Notes: generated from the sequence alone by a model not told the origin. Positions 28,108-43,660 are shown, counted from the first letter of the stretch. The stretch: 64,000 nucleotides of DNA from Octopus vulgaris (GCA_951406725.2 OX597818.1:121706001-121770000); one strand, 5' to 3'. A program made the numbers and translations.

Positions 28108-28320
28108 CCATTCTACTAAAGGCACAAGGCCTGAAATTTTGAAGGAGTGACCAGTCGATTACATCGACCCCAGTGTTTCACTGGTACTAAATTTATCGAC
28201 CTCGAAAGAATGACCGGCGAAGTCTACCTCGGTGCAATTAGAACTCAGAACGTAAAGACGGACGAAATGCCGCAAAGCATTTTGATCGGCGTGCTAACCA
28301 TTCTGCCAGCTCACCGCCTT
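28108..28320 (-). mobile_element. SINE family B adjoining an (AAT)n tract
   Basis: Matches 4690-4900 (gtcgattacatcgacc, gaactcagaacgtaaa, ggcgtgctaac..tctgccagc.c.ccgcct); further degenerate copies near 13541-13700, 16540-16870 and 38400-38560. Confidence 0.75.
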
Positions 28321-29128
28321 AAAAAAAAATAATAAGTTAGAAGTTCCAACATGAACTTCTGACTTGTCTCTTGAGGTCTCTTAGATCTGAACAGCGTAAA
28401 TAGCCATAGAGTATTTGTATTATTTAACCTTAGTTCAGCTCTGATCAAGCCGACTATTCATGTATCACATTCAATCCATCAAAATATCACGTCTTTTCCA
28501 ACAAAAATATACACCTGACAATATTATCCAACATGTTTCGTTTTTAAGATGTAGGATGTTATTTCTTGGACCACGTAGAATGATCACGTAGAGGTCATAT
28601 TTCTGATGTTGATGAACATCTTTACGACTTTATTCCATGGCTCAGAATGTGACTTACATTCTCCAGGTCATTATTATGCCATATTACTCTTTCACTTTTA
28701 ATTTCAGTACCTGGGCTTTTACCCCATTTTATTTTAGCTTTCTCCATTAAGGATAGACTTAATAATTTAATATACAGTGTTGAACATGAAACGAAAATAA
28801 AATTAGCTCTCTTATATTGCATACATACAAAGGGATTCTTATTATTTTATTTCAACATTATTGTAACATCATATTCTATGACCAATTCTATACGACTTTA
28901 AATAACTTAATCTGATTTGAAATTTTATTCAATTATCCACCGTATTTAATCTTCTCCCGTAAACCTTGTGTACTGTATCCGGTACACAACATTAAACAAC
29001 TAAATTTTGATTTGACGTTTTATCCCAAGATAACCTGTAGCCTTATGTCTTATGCCAATTATACACAGCTTTGAAGAACAAATCTTTGAATTGAATTTCC
29101 ATGAAACTATAATGAGAAAGTGTGTATG

Positions 29129-29174
<46 letters not shown>

Positions 29175-29175
<1 letters not shown>

Positions 29176-29499
29176 TAGCAGCATAGTCCAGCGTTGCCCG
29201 GGTATGTAAGAACCTCTAGTAGGCAACGACTTGCGGCTGCAGCTGCGATTAGCAGAAGTATGCCAAGGTTATGTTGTCTGGTCATGTTTTGCCTCGTTGA
29301 CTGCTTGAAGTGGAGGAATTTATGAATTTTTTCAGAACTGGGGGAACTTTTCAACATTTTCGCCGCGTTAGTTTTGAATTATGACATTGGGCTATGTGTG
29401 TGTCAAGTTTCATCAGAATCGGTTGAAAGCCGTGGTCAGGGTGAGGGTACGAGAAAACAGACACACAGACAGACAACCTGCCTTTTATATATAGAGAAG

Positions 29500-29500
<1 letters not shown>
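29175..29500 (-). mobile_element. Complete non-autonomous Helitron (326 bp)
   Basis: On minus: 5' TCTTCTCTATATATAAAAGG, subterminal hairpin cccgggcaacgctgg, 3' CTAG; inserted between A and T within (AT)n with no TSD. Confidence 0.8.
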
Positions 29501-29542
<42 letters not shown>

Positions 29543-29913
29543 TGTATATATGTCTGTGTGTGTTTGTGTGGTCACGTCTCAAAACTTGTCTGCAGATAAT
29601 AGAAATAATCCGTGTACATACACAAACTGCAGTATTTTTATATTTTCCTTTTCATATTAAGTTTAAGATTAATGATTTGTTATCTAGGAATCTGATGGAA
29701 AAAAAGTAAACTAAAACACAAACAAACAAGCAATAATAAACAACCCTTATATCAAAATGAGAGGAAGATTGATACTACACACCCACACACACATACGCGC
29801 ATACACATACACGCACAGGCTCACACGCAAATACACAAATATACATGTTTTTAATGGTTTCAGTCACTGGACTGCGGTCGTGCTGAGGCACCGGCTGGAA
29901 GGGCTTAGTCAGT

Positions 29914-29959
<46 letters not shown>

Positions 29960-30072
29960 TGCATACATCTGTGTATATACATACTCTCATATATGCGTAC
30001 ATAAATATATATACACAAATATTCATATATGAGTATGCATGTATGTATGTATGTATGTATGTATGTATGTCA

Positions 30073-30618
30073 GGTCACTTTCGAGTGCTACTGGTAACAT
30101 GTAACCCAGTACAACCTGTTGCATGGTCGGGTCGTCGGCGACTAAACCGGCAACCCCACCAAGCTTGCTTAGTGAGGAGGGTGTTTATTGGACACCCTGC
30201 GGGATGAAAAACAAAACCCGTCAAAGGGCGGAGGAACTCTTGAGAGTCAACGGCCATGCAATAAATGTCTTAAGGCTGTATCATGCGCGGGGACATAGAA
30301 ATAATCAGACTGAATGCCCAATCGCGCGGTTAAACCATTGGGAGTGAAGAACTCCTAGCCTTTGTTAGGGCCTTCTAGGAGAAGATAACTCAGGTAACTG
30401 GGATAACTCCGATATAAAACCTGCGGCTCAGTGGTTACCGATGATGTTGACTTGCTCTTCTTTTCGTATTATGACTGCTGTTGCTTAGTGAGTGGGATTG
30501 ACTCAGTGCACAGCCTTTCCTCACTTTAAAAAAATCTTCTTGCTCAGGCATTGCACGATAACAACATTGATTAAGCTTCGTGCAATGGCCATACTCGATA
30601 ACGAGGGGGCAGCCACCA
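30073..30618 (+). mobile_element. Non-coding retroelement unit (RTE-like UTR-derived) bracketed by (ATGT)n
   Basis: Relatively GC-rich 0.55-kb unit with (ATGT)n on both sides and an HDV-ribozyme-like 5' end; family assignment is inference. Confidence 0.45.
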
Positions 30619-30704
30619 TGTATGTATGTATGTATGTATGTATGTATGTATGTATGTATGTATGTATGTATGTATGTATCTCTCTCTCTCTCTATCTCCC
30701 CATG

Positions 30705-31434
30705 CAGGGCGCGATGGTTAAAATCGTCGCCATTGTTTGTTTTTGATTTTGTCGACTACATAATATAGCAGGGTCAGTTAAGCACTGTCTGTGAGAGAAA
30801 CAGCACCATGACAGAATTTGATCTGCCAGAAATTTGGAAACGATATGCTGTTCTGCTTGGCATTTGCGCCGGAAGCTCTAATACGAACATTTCAGAGTGT
30901 TTGGGTGTCAATCTGAGGACAGTGCAATCTAAGGACGTATACTGGGAGTGATAAAAAATCAAACATTCAGTCAACATCATAGTGTATGGAGTGATCGAGT
31001 GATCACTAGTGATGGCGACGTTATGCCTCCATTCATCTTCCCACATAGCCTCAGGCTCAACACGGAGGCTTACATCAAGTGTCTGGAGGAGGTAATGCTG
31101 TCCTGGGTTAAGAGGGTGGTTTCTGGAAGACCGTATGTCTAGCAACAGAACTCTGCCCCATGCCACACGAGGAGAATCCAGTCATAGCTGTCAAACAATT
31201 TCTGCGATCACATCATCCCTAACATCTGGAGTACCTGGCCACATAACACCTCAGATTGCAACCCCCTTGATTATTATGTGTGGGGAGCAGTTGAACGAGA
31301 GATCAACAAAACTCCTTATAACACCAAAGATGAACTGAAGGCAAGGATTATGACACCATTCACCAACTTAAACAAGGTGACAATCCAGAAGAGTTGTAGG
31401 AGATTCCGAAGTTGTCTGGAGGCCGTGGTTGAAG
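30705..31434 (+). mobile_element. Internally deleted Tc1/mariner-superfamily (maT/DD37D-like) transposon fragment
   Basis: ATG at 30808 (MTEFDLPEIWKRYAVLLGICAGSSNTNISECLGVNLRTVQ, HTH-like), then VITSDGDVMPPFIFP, RPYV*QQNSAPCH and DCNPLDYYVWGAVERE; no right TIR seen. Confidence 0.8.
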
Positions 31435-32502
31435 TCTGCTATCGATAATTGGGGAAGGAGGTAAGAAACAGAAGAAAAATTTAATCATGACGATCGGCGA
31501 TACATTCCTTCAATAATTTTTCCTTTCTGTATCGCTGATTATGTAACAGTTTCAGGGAATTTTACGACTTCCTGCTAATTAGCCGGATGGCTCTCTTGTT
31601 TTGGATGTAGTGTCTGGGATGCCTGTATGTGTAACAAGCAACAGTACCCCTCTAAATGTGGCAGCGATATATCCATTGTTGCTCACGTTGTTTTAGTAAA
31701 AAGTAGCCGTTTTGGACTGAAGTATTTTTTGCAGTATTCTTAGCCACGTTGATAATGCACGATCACCAGGAAATTGTGATGGTTAGCGTTTGTAAACACT
31801 TTAAAGAGTTCTAAGTTCGAGTTGCTCCTCTTTTACGATATTGTTTTATTTCTATGTGTGGTGGAAGTAAAGAAGTTAATAGTAAGTTGTGATGAAAAAC
31901 CGGTGGCGATAGTTTTCCGGATAATTTAGTCTATCATCAATTTAATTTCTCAACTAAAAGCATTGCACTTACTTTCCTACCAATGCCTTCGAGAAAGGCG
32001 TAAACAACTCACCCAAACCATTTCCTCCCTTTTTAGAAGTCGAAGCCTGTACAAAGTGTTCGTCGGCGAGGATCTTCCACCTATCTAATTCAATGCTAAT
32101 TTCTAGAAAGAAATCTAACTTGTCATTACGCATGAATGGATCCCTATATATAAAGATACTGGAAGAACAGTAACTCAGCGTCGATAGAAATTGACAGCGG
32201 ATGAGTTTTTATTCCGGATTTTTAAGTGTATAGGTATGGAAGAAACCTACATGGGAAATAAAGGAACAGATAACCAAAAATAGTCTAATTGCAGTAAAAA
32301 CACTCAACATTTTTAATGGTGTATATTTTCTATATTAAATGTTTCTTCTCATTGTAATAAAAATTTCATTATGTCATCGTTACGCGCTTTATCTAGATTA
32401 ATATACACATTCTTAATGCATGCATATTTAAACATACATATATAACCATACATTATATTTTACACACAGACACACACACACACAGACACACACACACACA
32501 CA

Positions 32503-32572
<70 letters not shown>

Positions 32573-32579
32573 CACACAT

Positions 32580-32795
32580 TCAAAATGTGACCGCGTGTGT
32601 ACCGTTGGCGATTTTTTTCCCTCTGTTTTCCCTTCTCTGGATCTTTCCTTCTCCTATGTTTCCGACGAAGAGCTCCGCTCGAAACGTTAAACCCTTCTTC
32701 TTTCCTTCTTTCCTGAGCGTCCAATAATACTATATTTGTTCCACGTCCTCGCGTTGTTGTGTTGTTTTGTGCTTTCTTGTTTGGATTAACTTTAC
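32580..32795 (+). mobile_element. Solo pLTR-like element with hammerhead motif (32658-32692)
   Basis: GTTT-CCGACGA-A-GAGC-tcc-GCTC-GAAA-CGTT-AAAC in a pyrimidine-rich unit between (CA)n tracts; shares ttcctgagcg with the 52145 element. Confidence 0.6.
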
Positions 32796-32797
32796 AG

Positions 32798-32836
<39 letters not shown>

Positions 32837-32879
32837 CATGCATATATATTTTTCACACACACACACATACACACACGCA

Positions 32880-32939
<60 letters not shown>

Positions 32940-33286
32940 TGTGCGTAGGCTATGTCACTGCATGACTGCAGTCCAATGGCTGAAACTGATAAAAGCCTGT
33001 ATCTAACAAGCACAGTTTGTTTTATTGTCCTCATTAATGTACACGTTTCTATGGTAGAAATCACTTAAAGTACGTTGGAAGAATAAGAAATAGTTCAACT
33101 GAAGAATGTTGTACTGACTGACTCACTAATCATTAATCCACCAAGAACGGCGTAGGCTCTGTTTGTTAATGAAGACAGAACAAAGTCGAAACATGTCCAG
33201 AGTTGTCTATTATTTCTTCTCCTCACCCCATATTTATTTCTCTCTAGTGTTTTAAGGTTCTATGCATTATATATGCTAACACTAAC

Positions 33287-33326
<40 letters not shown>

Positions 33327-33330
33327 ACCC

Positions 33331-33389
<59 letters not shown>

Positions 33390-33416
33390 CATCTATCTAT
33401 CTAGCTATCTATACCC

Positions 33417-33511
<95 letters not shown>

Positions 33512-33669
33512 CACAACCTTCCTTCCTCCCTATCTATCTATAAATCAATCACTCAGTCTCTCTCTGTCTGTCTGTTTGTCTTCTGTCTGTCTGTCTGCCT
33601 GTCTGTTTATCTGTCTAACTACATATCTACCTATCCACCTCTGTCTGTCTGTATCTATTCTTAACTATT

Positions 33670-33990
33670 ATGTATTTCTTTTATTTGCTTGTCTGGGGGA
33701 AGGACGGTGTCCATGGTCTTCATAGGCTTCTCTAGAACGGTGATATTTATGCTATTAATGTTCTGGAAGGAATGATTGGGAGTAGCGATTAGTTTGAGGT
33801 TTAGGTGGAAGCTGGATACAACAATGGAAATGAGAGGAGAAAAGCGAGTGGGTCGGGACTGCATGACTGGCAGTGGCATGAAGCCCGACAGCCAGCCAGC
33901 CAGCCAGCCGGCCAGATCTAAGGTGCAGAGGCCATTATAGTTGCAGTAGGAAAGGCAGGGAGAGAAAAACAGTGCACCCTTCAGGTTAAC
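33670..33990 (-). mobile_element. Fossil CR1/L2-like LINE 3' end
   Basis: YYNGLC..L...PLPVMQSRPTRFS-type remnant; a similar relic lies at 4910-5180. Confidence 0.35.
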
Positions 33991-34974
33991 TGAATTATCT
34001 ATATTAAATTGGTTAACAGTTACGTAACTATTAGCACACACGAATTTGATAGGAGACGCATCACAATGAATATTTACTTAAGCCCTTCGCTCTTTATGGA
34101 ACATAGACAATCGGTGACTTTCTTCTCACTGTTCTTGGCTCCGGGCTATCAAAAGGCCTTCTTCCAGATCTTGTTGGCTTTGAATTGTCATCGACGCTTC
34201 AGCAACTATGCTCTTTTTTCTAGTTAAGGGTTGATCCTACGTAAACTCATTTTTATTTCTGAGAAGAAGTGGTCCATATTAGTCTGGACTCTATCCTTTT
34301 TACCTGTCCAGCATGGGAGGCCCCACCGAAAACAGGCACTCTTCTAGCATAGTTCTCAGAGTTGTTGAAGCACGAAGGCTATCACATTGCAACAAGGACT
34401 AGAGCTTAAGGTGACTTTACAATGAACACTTTACTTTCGCTATCAAACAACATAATACTATTGATTAGTGCTAAATGGGTCACCTTTGGAAAGATTCTCT
34501 TGGAGTTCAAACCACTTTGCTATGATCATATTTTCTTTTTTTGAAGGTTCAATCACAGAACTGTGACATGCTGGAGCACCACTCGAAGGGTTCTCCTTTT
34601 TCTTCACTATTCGACGTTTCGAGTTTAATGATCATCATTAGGTGAGAAACGTTTTACACTTTCTTTTTAACTTCTTGCAGCTTACATGGTTTAAATTTCA
34701 TCAACGTGCCTCAGCATGGCCGCAGCCTAATGACTGAAACAAGTAAAAGCTAAAAGATAACTAAAAGGTATATTTTACTTGCGCTTCTTTCATTCTCTGC
34801 AAAATTTCCGCCATTCAATTCGTTCTCTTAAATTAATGTTTTCGATGCCCTTTAAGAGACAACCCTTTCTATATCGATGCCACTTACACATTTTTGTGGC
34901 ACCGTCTATTCCATCTCGTACATTAACCTTTGCATCTATGCGAAACACCACATAACGAAGTCACTTGAAATCAA

Positions 34975-35292
34975 CTTCTTTCTTTTCCTCCTCCTCTTCC
35001 TACCCTCCTCTTCTTCTTCGTCTTCTTCTTCTTCTTCTTCTTCTCCTCCTTCCTCCTCCTCCTCCTCCTCCTCCTCCTCTTCTTCTTCTTCTTCTTCTTC
35101 TTCCTCCTCCTCCTCCTTCTTCTTCTTCCTCCCCCTCCTCCTCCTTCTTCTTCCTCCTCCTCTTCCTCCTCCCCTCCTTCCCCCTCCTCCCCCCTCCTCC
35201 TCCTCCGTCTTCCTCCTCCTCCTCCTTCCTCCTCCTCCTCCTCCTTCTTGTTCTTGTTCTTGTTCTTGTTGTTGTTGTTGTTCTTCTTCTTC
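34975..35292. repeat. Polypyrimidine (CCT)n/(CTT)n compound microsatellite
   Basis: Read directly; explains the poly-S/P/L/R ORFs. Confidence 0.95.
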
Positions 35293-35762
35293 TGTAATTA
35301 TGTCCTTTTTTTAAAAATTTTATCACTTACTTTTAATACGTTAAAAGTTTTCGAACACAAAATTTCAAATGAACTAGTTTTTCCTTTAGGCAAGCAGCCA
35401 CTTGATCTGACAAATCTTCACAGGATTTCAGAAGCGCCTTCTACTAAAAAATTATTACCTTAAATTATGTTTCTTATGTTCAAATTTTCAGCTATTCTTA
35501 CAAAAAAAAAAAAAAAAAAAATACAAGAAGAAAGAAAAAAGGAAAATCGAACCTCTTCTATTGATCCCATTTCTTAATTCTTTCTCACAGATGTGTCTCA
35601 TGATCATCATAACGAACACGACGACGACGATGATGATTCTGGCGATGCTGATCGCCATCATTCTCCGCCGTCTACCTTTCCTCTTCATCGGTTTACAATC
35701 TTACAATCCTGTTTTTGATGCCATCTATATCATCATCATCACCATTATCATCATCATCATCA

Positions 35763-35801
<39 letters not shown>

Positions 35802-35861
35802 CACAACCACCACTACTACTACTACCACCACAACCACTACTACTACTACTACTACTACTAT

Positions 35862-35910
<49 letters not shown>

Positions 35911-36223
35911 ACTACTACTGCTGCTGCCGCTCTTACTGCTGCTAGTGCAACGCAATCTCGTTTTTCTCCCCCTTTTTCTTGTTCGTCACAACACATCCGT
36001 TGATGACAGCTCAAAATATTTTTGCTTGTTTATATCTCACCATTCCTTCAACAGATTCCTTTTTCTTTCCGTTTCCATCTAATCGTTCTCACACCACCAT
36101 TCCAACATTTGATCTTCTTTTGTACGAAAACATATTTTCATGCATGTACACATACATAAGTGTGTATGCGAGTACACACACACACACAGACACACACAAA
36201 CACACGCACACACATATATATAA

Positions 36224-36256
<33 letters not shown>

Positions 36257-36489
36257 TCGTACACCATATAAATACATACACACACGTATACACACACATA
36301 CACGCAGACACACGTACATGCACACTTACACTCACGTGTACATATGCACATACATATGCACATTCATATATGCATACACATACATTGATACACACATATT
36401 CATATATTATGTATGGTTACAGAAAACACACACACACACATTAGATAGTTTATAGCTTTCCATCTCTTTATATTTTAATCTGATTTTTG

Positions 36490-36523
<34 letters not shown>

Positions 36524-36536
36524 AATCATGTTCTTC

Positions 36537-36568
<32 letters not shown>

Positions 36569-36957
36569 CTCCTCCTCTTTCTCTTTTTCTGTGAACCTCC
36601 ACCCTCCGACACCTTCTTTCTCCCATCCTAGTCTCGACTCCGTCTCTTTACTTTCCACAAACCCGCCCCCACTAATTTCTATCTATCAAATTGTGTACAT
36701 CTTTAATGCATTATCAAGTAGACGACATACATTATCAACAACATACACCATGACAGCCATTTTGGAGATAAACCTCCAAAGTCGTAGCAAGACGTTAAAA
36801 GCTTATTGTAGCTGTCACCAAAATTGTTTCCCTCTAATTTCATGTCTGTCTGCCTGCTGTCTGTATGTGAGTATGATTGTGCGTATATATGTAAGCATAT
36901 ATGTACGTATCTGTCTAAATTGCTAGCTATGTGCCAATACAGACATGCATATACATA

Positions 36958-37007
<50 letters not shown>

Positions 37008-38659
37008 ATATATTAATGTATATGATGTGTGTATTTATACGCGCACACACAGAGGCGAACACACATACATACACACGTATTATATTTTTATATACATCAT
37101 GCATATTACAAATATGTATTCAACGAAACAACGGAAGAAATTGCGTGGTCACATAATCTGCTAGAAATAGCAGTCACATTCCTCTCAAAACACAACGATC
37201 CAGAAGTGTTCAGAACCATTTATAGATCGTTGTTATGTTATAAAATCATGTAAAGTGATTCTAAATACTAGAGGCAACAATATTTTCGTAGGTAGAGGTT
37301 TGTGTAGGTGGCGGTGCACGTTGGAAGCGGAATTTCATCCCTAATTTACAAATCTCAGCCTCTCCACTGATGGATGTAAATTAGTGATTTTGTAACTGAT
37401 TTAAGAGTGAAGACTAGTTAACGCAGTAGCAGAGAAGCCGTAATGACTGAGGGTTCTATACGCTGTTGTTGCTGTTTCATCACAGGACAGTCTTGATCGT
37501 GCAGAAGTAGAAAGCTCAAGCATAGCTGTATGCTTCATGTCAGCCATGTTTATCCTGAATTTTTCAGGCATTTCGAAGCCGAGACTACATTATTCATGCG
37601 TCCAGTTTTTTAAGACGCTTGGATATGATTCAAGGAAAAGACTACGTCTCCATTGAATGCATCGGTTTGTAGTATAACTGCAAGCTCTACCATTATTATT
37701 ACTAGTTGTCTTGCAAACAACTTACACATGCAAGTGCTACCAGTTAAAAGCTCCGTATATCGGAAGCTAGCAAGTGTATGGGGTCATCAGGAGAGAATGC
37801 GCGCCGTTTCGGGGCCTACCTCTCGACGGCATCAATGCGCACCGGCCCCCCTCACTGATATGAGGCCCCGCTTGCTAGATCAGCTGGTTATGAAGAACTC
37901 AATATACTTCTAGCCATCGCTCATCGTCTCTTTTTATAAGATTGTTGTTATTGTTGTATTTTTATCTACAGGTCTGCTCTGATCGAGCAGACATATAATG
38001 AAAAGCATTCCAGACATTACCCACCGGTTTTTTTTACAGGTATGATGCATCTAGGCCTACGGTATCCAAAGTGTCATGGAATTTAAAAAAAAACAATAGA
38101 GTGTGACTGAAGGCGATTCGACATCTAGTTCTACAAGGTCGAGTAGTAAGATAAAAAATGCAATATTTATTATCAATACTGGATTATTCTTGACTATAGA
38201 TCTACCCGTCGATGAAGGACATTTAGAGATAAAGAACAGCTACAGATATCAAGCCTTCTAAGGTGCCTATATATATAATCATTAAATTTCAAGCCCTATT
38301 AGCTTAGAAGAATAACTCAGAACACATTAGATAACGACGTAGGCGGAGAGACCAGATGGTCACAACTAGAATGTTTTGAGTTGTCTTCGTTTAATCCAAG
38401 ATACAGTACAGGAGTTTTATACATCGACCCCAGTACTTGACTTAGGCCTTACTTTGTCGACCTCGGAAGGATTTGAAGTCAGATGGTAAAATGTCATTAT
38501 TAAATACCATTAGGAATTTCGTCCGACGTTCTATTGATCCGTCTAATCCGATCATCTCATCGATCTACTTCGCCAGAATTAACCTTGAACTAAACAACAA
38601 CAATTACATACTTATAGTTTTCTCGTTCATAAATACTACAATACGCTCACATTACAGCA

Positions 38660-38722
<63 letters not shown>

Positions 38723-38784
38723 GGTCCCGAGTTGATTCGGGGTTAACCACAGTAAATAAGGTACTCAATACATAGCAGAGTAAA

Positions 38785-38916
38785 ATTAATTTATTATATA
38801 GAAGGAGCTTCTACAGGACTAGAACTGTTTCATTCAAGAGAAATCTTCAGGAAGCTCTGAAGATTTCTCTTGAATGAAACAGTTCTAGTCCTGTAAAGCT
38901 CCTTCTATATAATAAA

Positions 38917-38921
<5 letters not shown>
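38785..38921. mobile_element. Miniature inverted-repeat element with paired hammerhead-like motifs
   Basis: ~65-bp arms around a gaagct loop. Each arm reads CTGAAGA-tTTC-tctt-GAAt-GAAA-C-agttcta-GTC; the minus copy has stem I AGCTTC/GAAGCT. Flanked by (TA)n. Confidence 0.6.
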
Positions 38922-38957
<36 letters not shown>

Positions 38958-39171
38958 GACTGTAATTGAGAATATTCTGGAATATATATGTATATATCTC
39001 CATGGAATTAGGCATGCGTATATGGTTAAGATGTTCTCATCGCAATCACATGGATCAAGTTTCGAACCCTCTGTGCAGCACTCTGAGCAAGTGTCTTCTA
39101 TCAGTCTTATAAAGACTAATACTTGCCTTGCGATGATATTTGTTGGACATTAATTGAGTGGTAATTCGTCG

Positions 39172-39295
<124 letters not shown>

Positions 39296-39360
39296 CATCC
39301 ATCCATCCATCCATCTATCCATCCATCCATCCATCCATCCATCCATCCATCCATCCATCC

Positions 39361-39411
<51 letters not shown>

Positions 39412-40135
39412 CCTTTTACGATCCCTTTTCATCGAAAACGTACCCCACCTTTTTTTCCCTAAAAAAAGAAAAGCTCTACTTTGTAATCTGTCCCGTCTGT
39501 GTGCAGCCCTGAGTGGCTAATAAAGAAACATAGCTATCTATCTATTTACCTACCTACCTACCTACCTACCTACCTACCTACCTACCTACCTACCTATCTG
39601 TCTACCTGTCTGCCTGCCTGTCTGTCTATTTGCCTGCCTGTCTGACTGTCTGTCTGTTTGTCTGACTGTCTGCCTGCTACTCTGTCTGCCTCTCTGTCCG
39701 CCCGTCCGTCTATCCGTCTGCCTGCCTGTCTGCCTGTCTGTATACACATATATAAACTCATACCTATAGATATACATATATGTACATGTATGCATAGAAT
39801 CACCAAACATTGTATCCTATTGGGGTTCGATATACTCTACAAAACCACTCGAAATCCGGGCCACAACACGGCTACCGCAAACCAAAGATTGAAACTAGTA
39901 AAAGAATGATGAAAGAATATAGTCCTGTAAATCTCGGAGATAATTTGAAAAAATAAAACATTCATCAATATCAAAGGAGTTAAATGAAAACTATTCATGT
40001 TTCACTTCATTAAATACACATAAGATAAGAAAAAAAGAAAAAAACAAAACAAAACAATATAGAAACCCCACTTCCAGTAAAAATACAAAAAAGAAGAAAA
40101 AACAATGCAAATTAAAAAACAAATCAAAAACTCAC

Positions 40136-40165
40136 CATCACCAATATTGGCAAACATTTGAGGAT
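40136..40165 (-). CDS. 30-nt microexon B of the same gene, (Y)PQMFANIGD
   Basis: Strong pyrimidine tract tttctttcactctttttcag| and donor G|gtgagt; phase 1-1, keeps the frame between exons A and C. Confidence 0.7.
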
Positions 40166-40267
40166 CTGAAAAAGAGTGAAAGAAATATAAATATACTATT
40201 GATCTTATTGCTGTTGTTGTTGTTATTGTTGATGTTCTTGTTTTTCTAATTGTCGTTTTTATTATTA

Positions 40268-42530
<2,263 letters not shown>

Positions 42531-42979
42531 ATATTTTAACAAGGGAAACAGCTTCAGAGATACGTATCAGTCTTGTCATGACCTCATCAAAATGCTCAGA
42601 CTTCACCGTACATACCAATGTATTAAGGAATAAATCAAGGAGTTTTCGTCAATTGACGTAATGTAATAGGTATGTATCATGAATACTCGGTTTGGTTTAC
42701 CATGAAAAACCCGGCTTCAGCCTCTGTCTTTTAATCATAACTACTCAGCACTATGTTTATATTCTCTATTCAAATTGAATGTTTATCGAGCGATGCCAAA
42801 TGTTTTCATTTTTTTCTTTTTCTATTTCATACATACATACATACGTACGTACATACTTACATGCACACACGCGCAGACACACACATTTTTCAAAAACTTG
42901 AACTATTGTGATTCAGTTTCAAGTCTCCGACTCGCAAATAGGAAAAAAAGGGAGTTCATACAAATCATCTAATATTTAC

Positions 42980-43231
42980 ATTTAATATCGATGTCCATCG
43001 GATCGTGTCCATTACATTCATAAACGAAGGATGTCTTTTCTTCACCATTAGCCGAATGACAGATCTTCTTTTCTGTGACTGGACAATTGCTAAACTGGAT
43101 GCGTTCTCCGGCACAGGTGATATTCGTGGCATTCTTTCCTGTAGCGACAGTGACGTTGCAAGACCGGAAACGGAAATCTTTATCGCCAGATTGAATCCAG
43201 GGTGACCAGGGACCCCACTTAGCTGAAGATT
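42980..43231 (-). CDS. Internal exon A of TSP1/ENDOD1-like gene: thrombospondin type-1-like module
   Basis: Minus-strand acceptor ttcttcttccacag|AA and donor T|gtaaat; 252 nt, phase 1-1. Translation ESSAKWGPWSPWIQSGDKDFRFRSCNVT...CAGERIQFSNCP has the WxxWxxW / RxRxC / CxGxxxQxxxC pattern of TSP1. An alternative donor ~36 nt earlier (T|gtaatg) is possible. Confidence 0.8.
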
Positions 43232-43489
43232 CTGTGGAAGAAGAATATATAAAAAAATAATAAACAAACAAGTCTGCAGGCATTTATAAACATATATAAA
43301 ATAGTGAGATACACATACAAATAGTTCAACGCTGACCATTTTAATAAGCCATAACGGTGAAACTCTATAGCAAAGAAAAAGTAAGTAACCTATTTTACAT
43401 ATATATATATATATAGACTCTACAAAAGTATGGGTTTTCTTTACCTCTTATCCTATTATCGCCCGATGATAAATATTAGAGTAATGTAT

Positions 43490-43660
43490 ATCATCATCAT
43501 CATCATTTAATGTCCGTTTTCCATGCTTGCTTGGGTTAGACAGTTTGACTGCACCAAGATCCAGTCTATGGTTTGGTTTCTATGACTGGATACCTTTCCT
43601 AATGTCAACCACTCCACAAAATGTACTGGGTGCCTTTTTACGTGACTCCGGTACGGGTGT
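43490..43660 (-). mobile_element. SINE 3' portion with (GAT)n tail
   Basis: On minus: ggttgacattaggaaaggtatccagtcatagaaacc...gcatggaaaacggacattaaatgatgatgatg. Confidence 0.5.
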
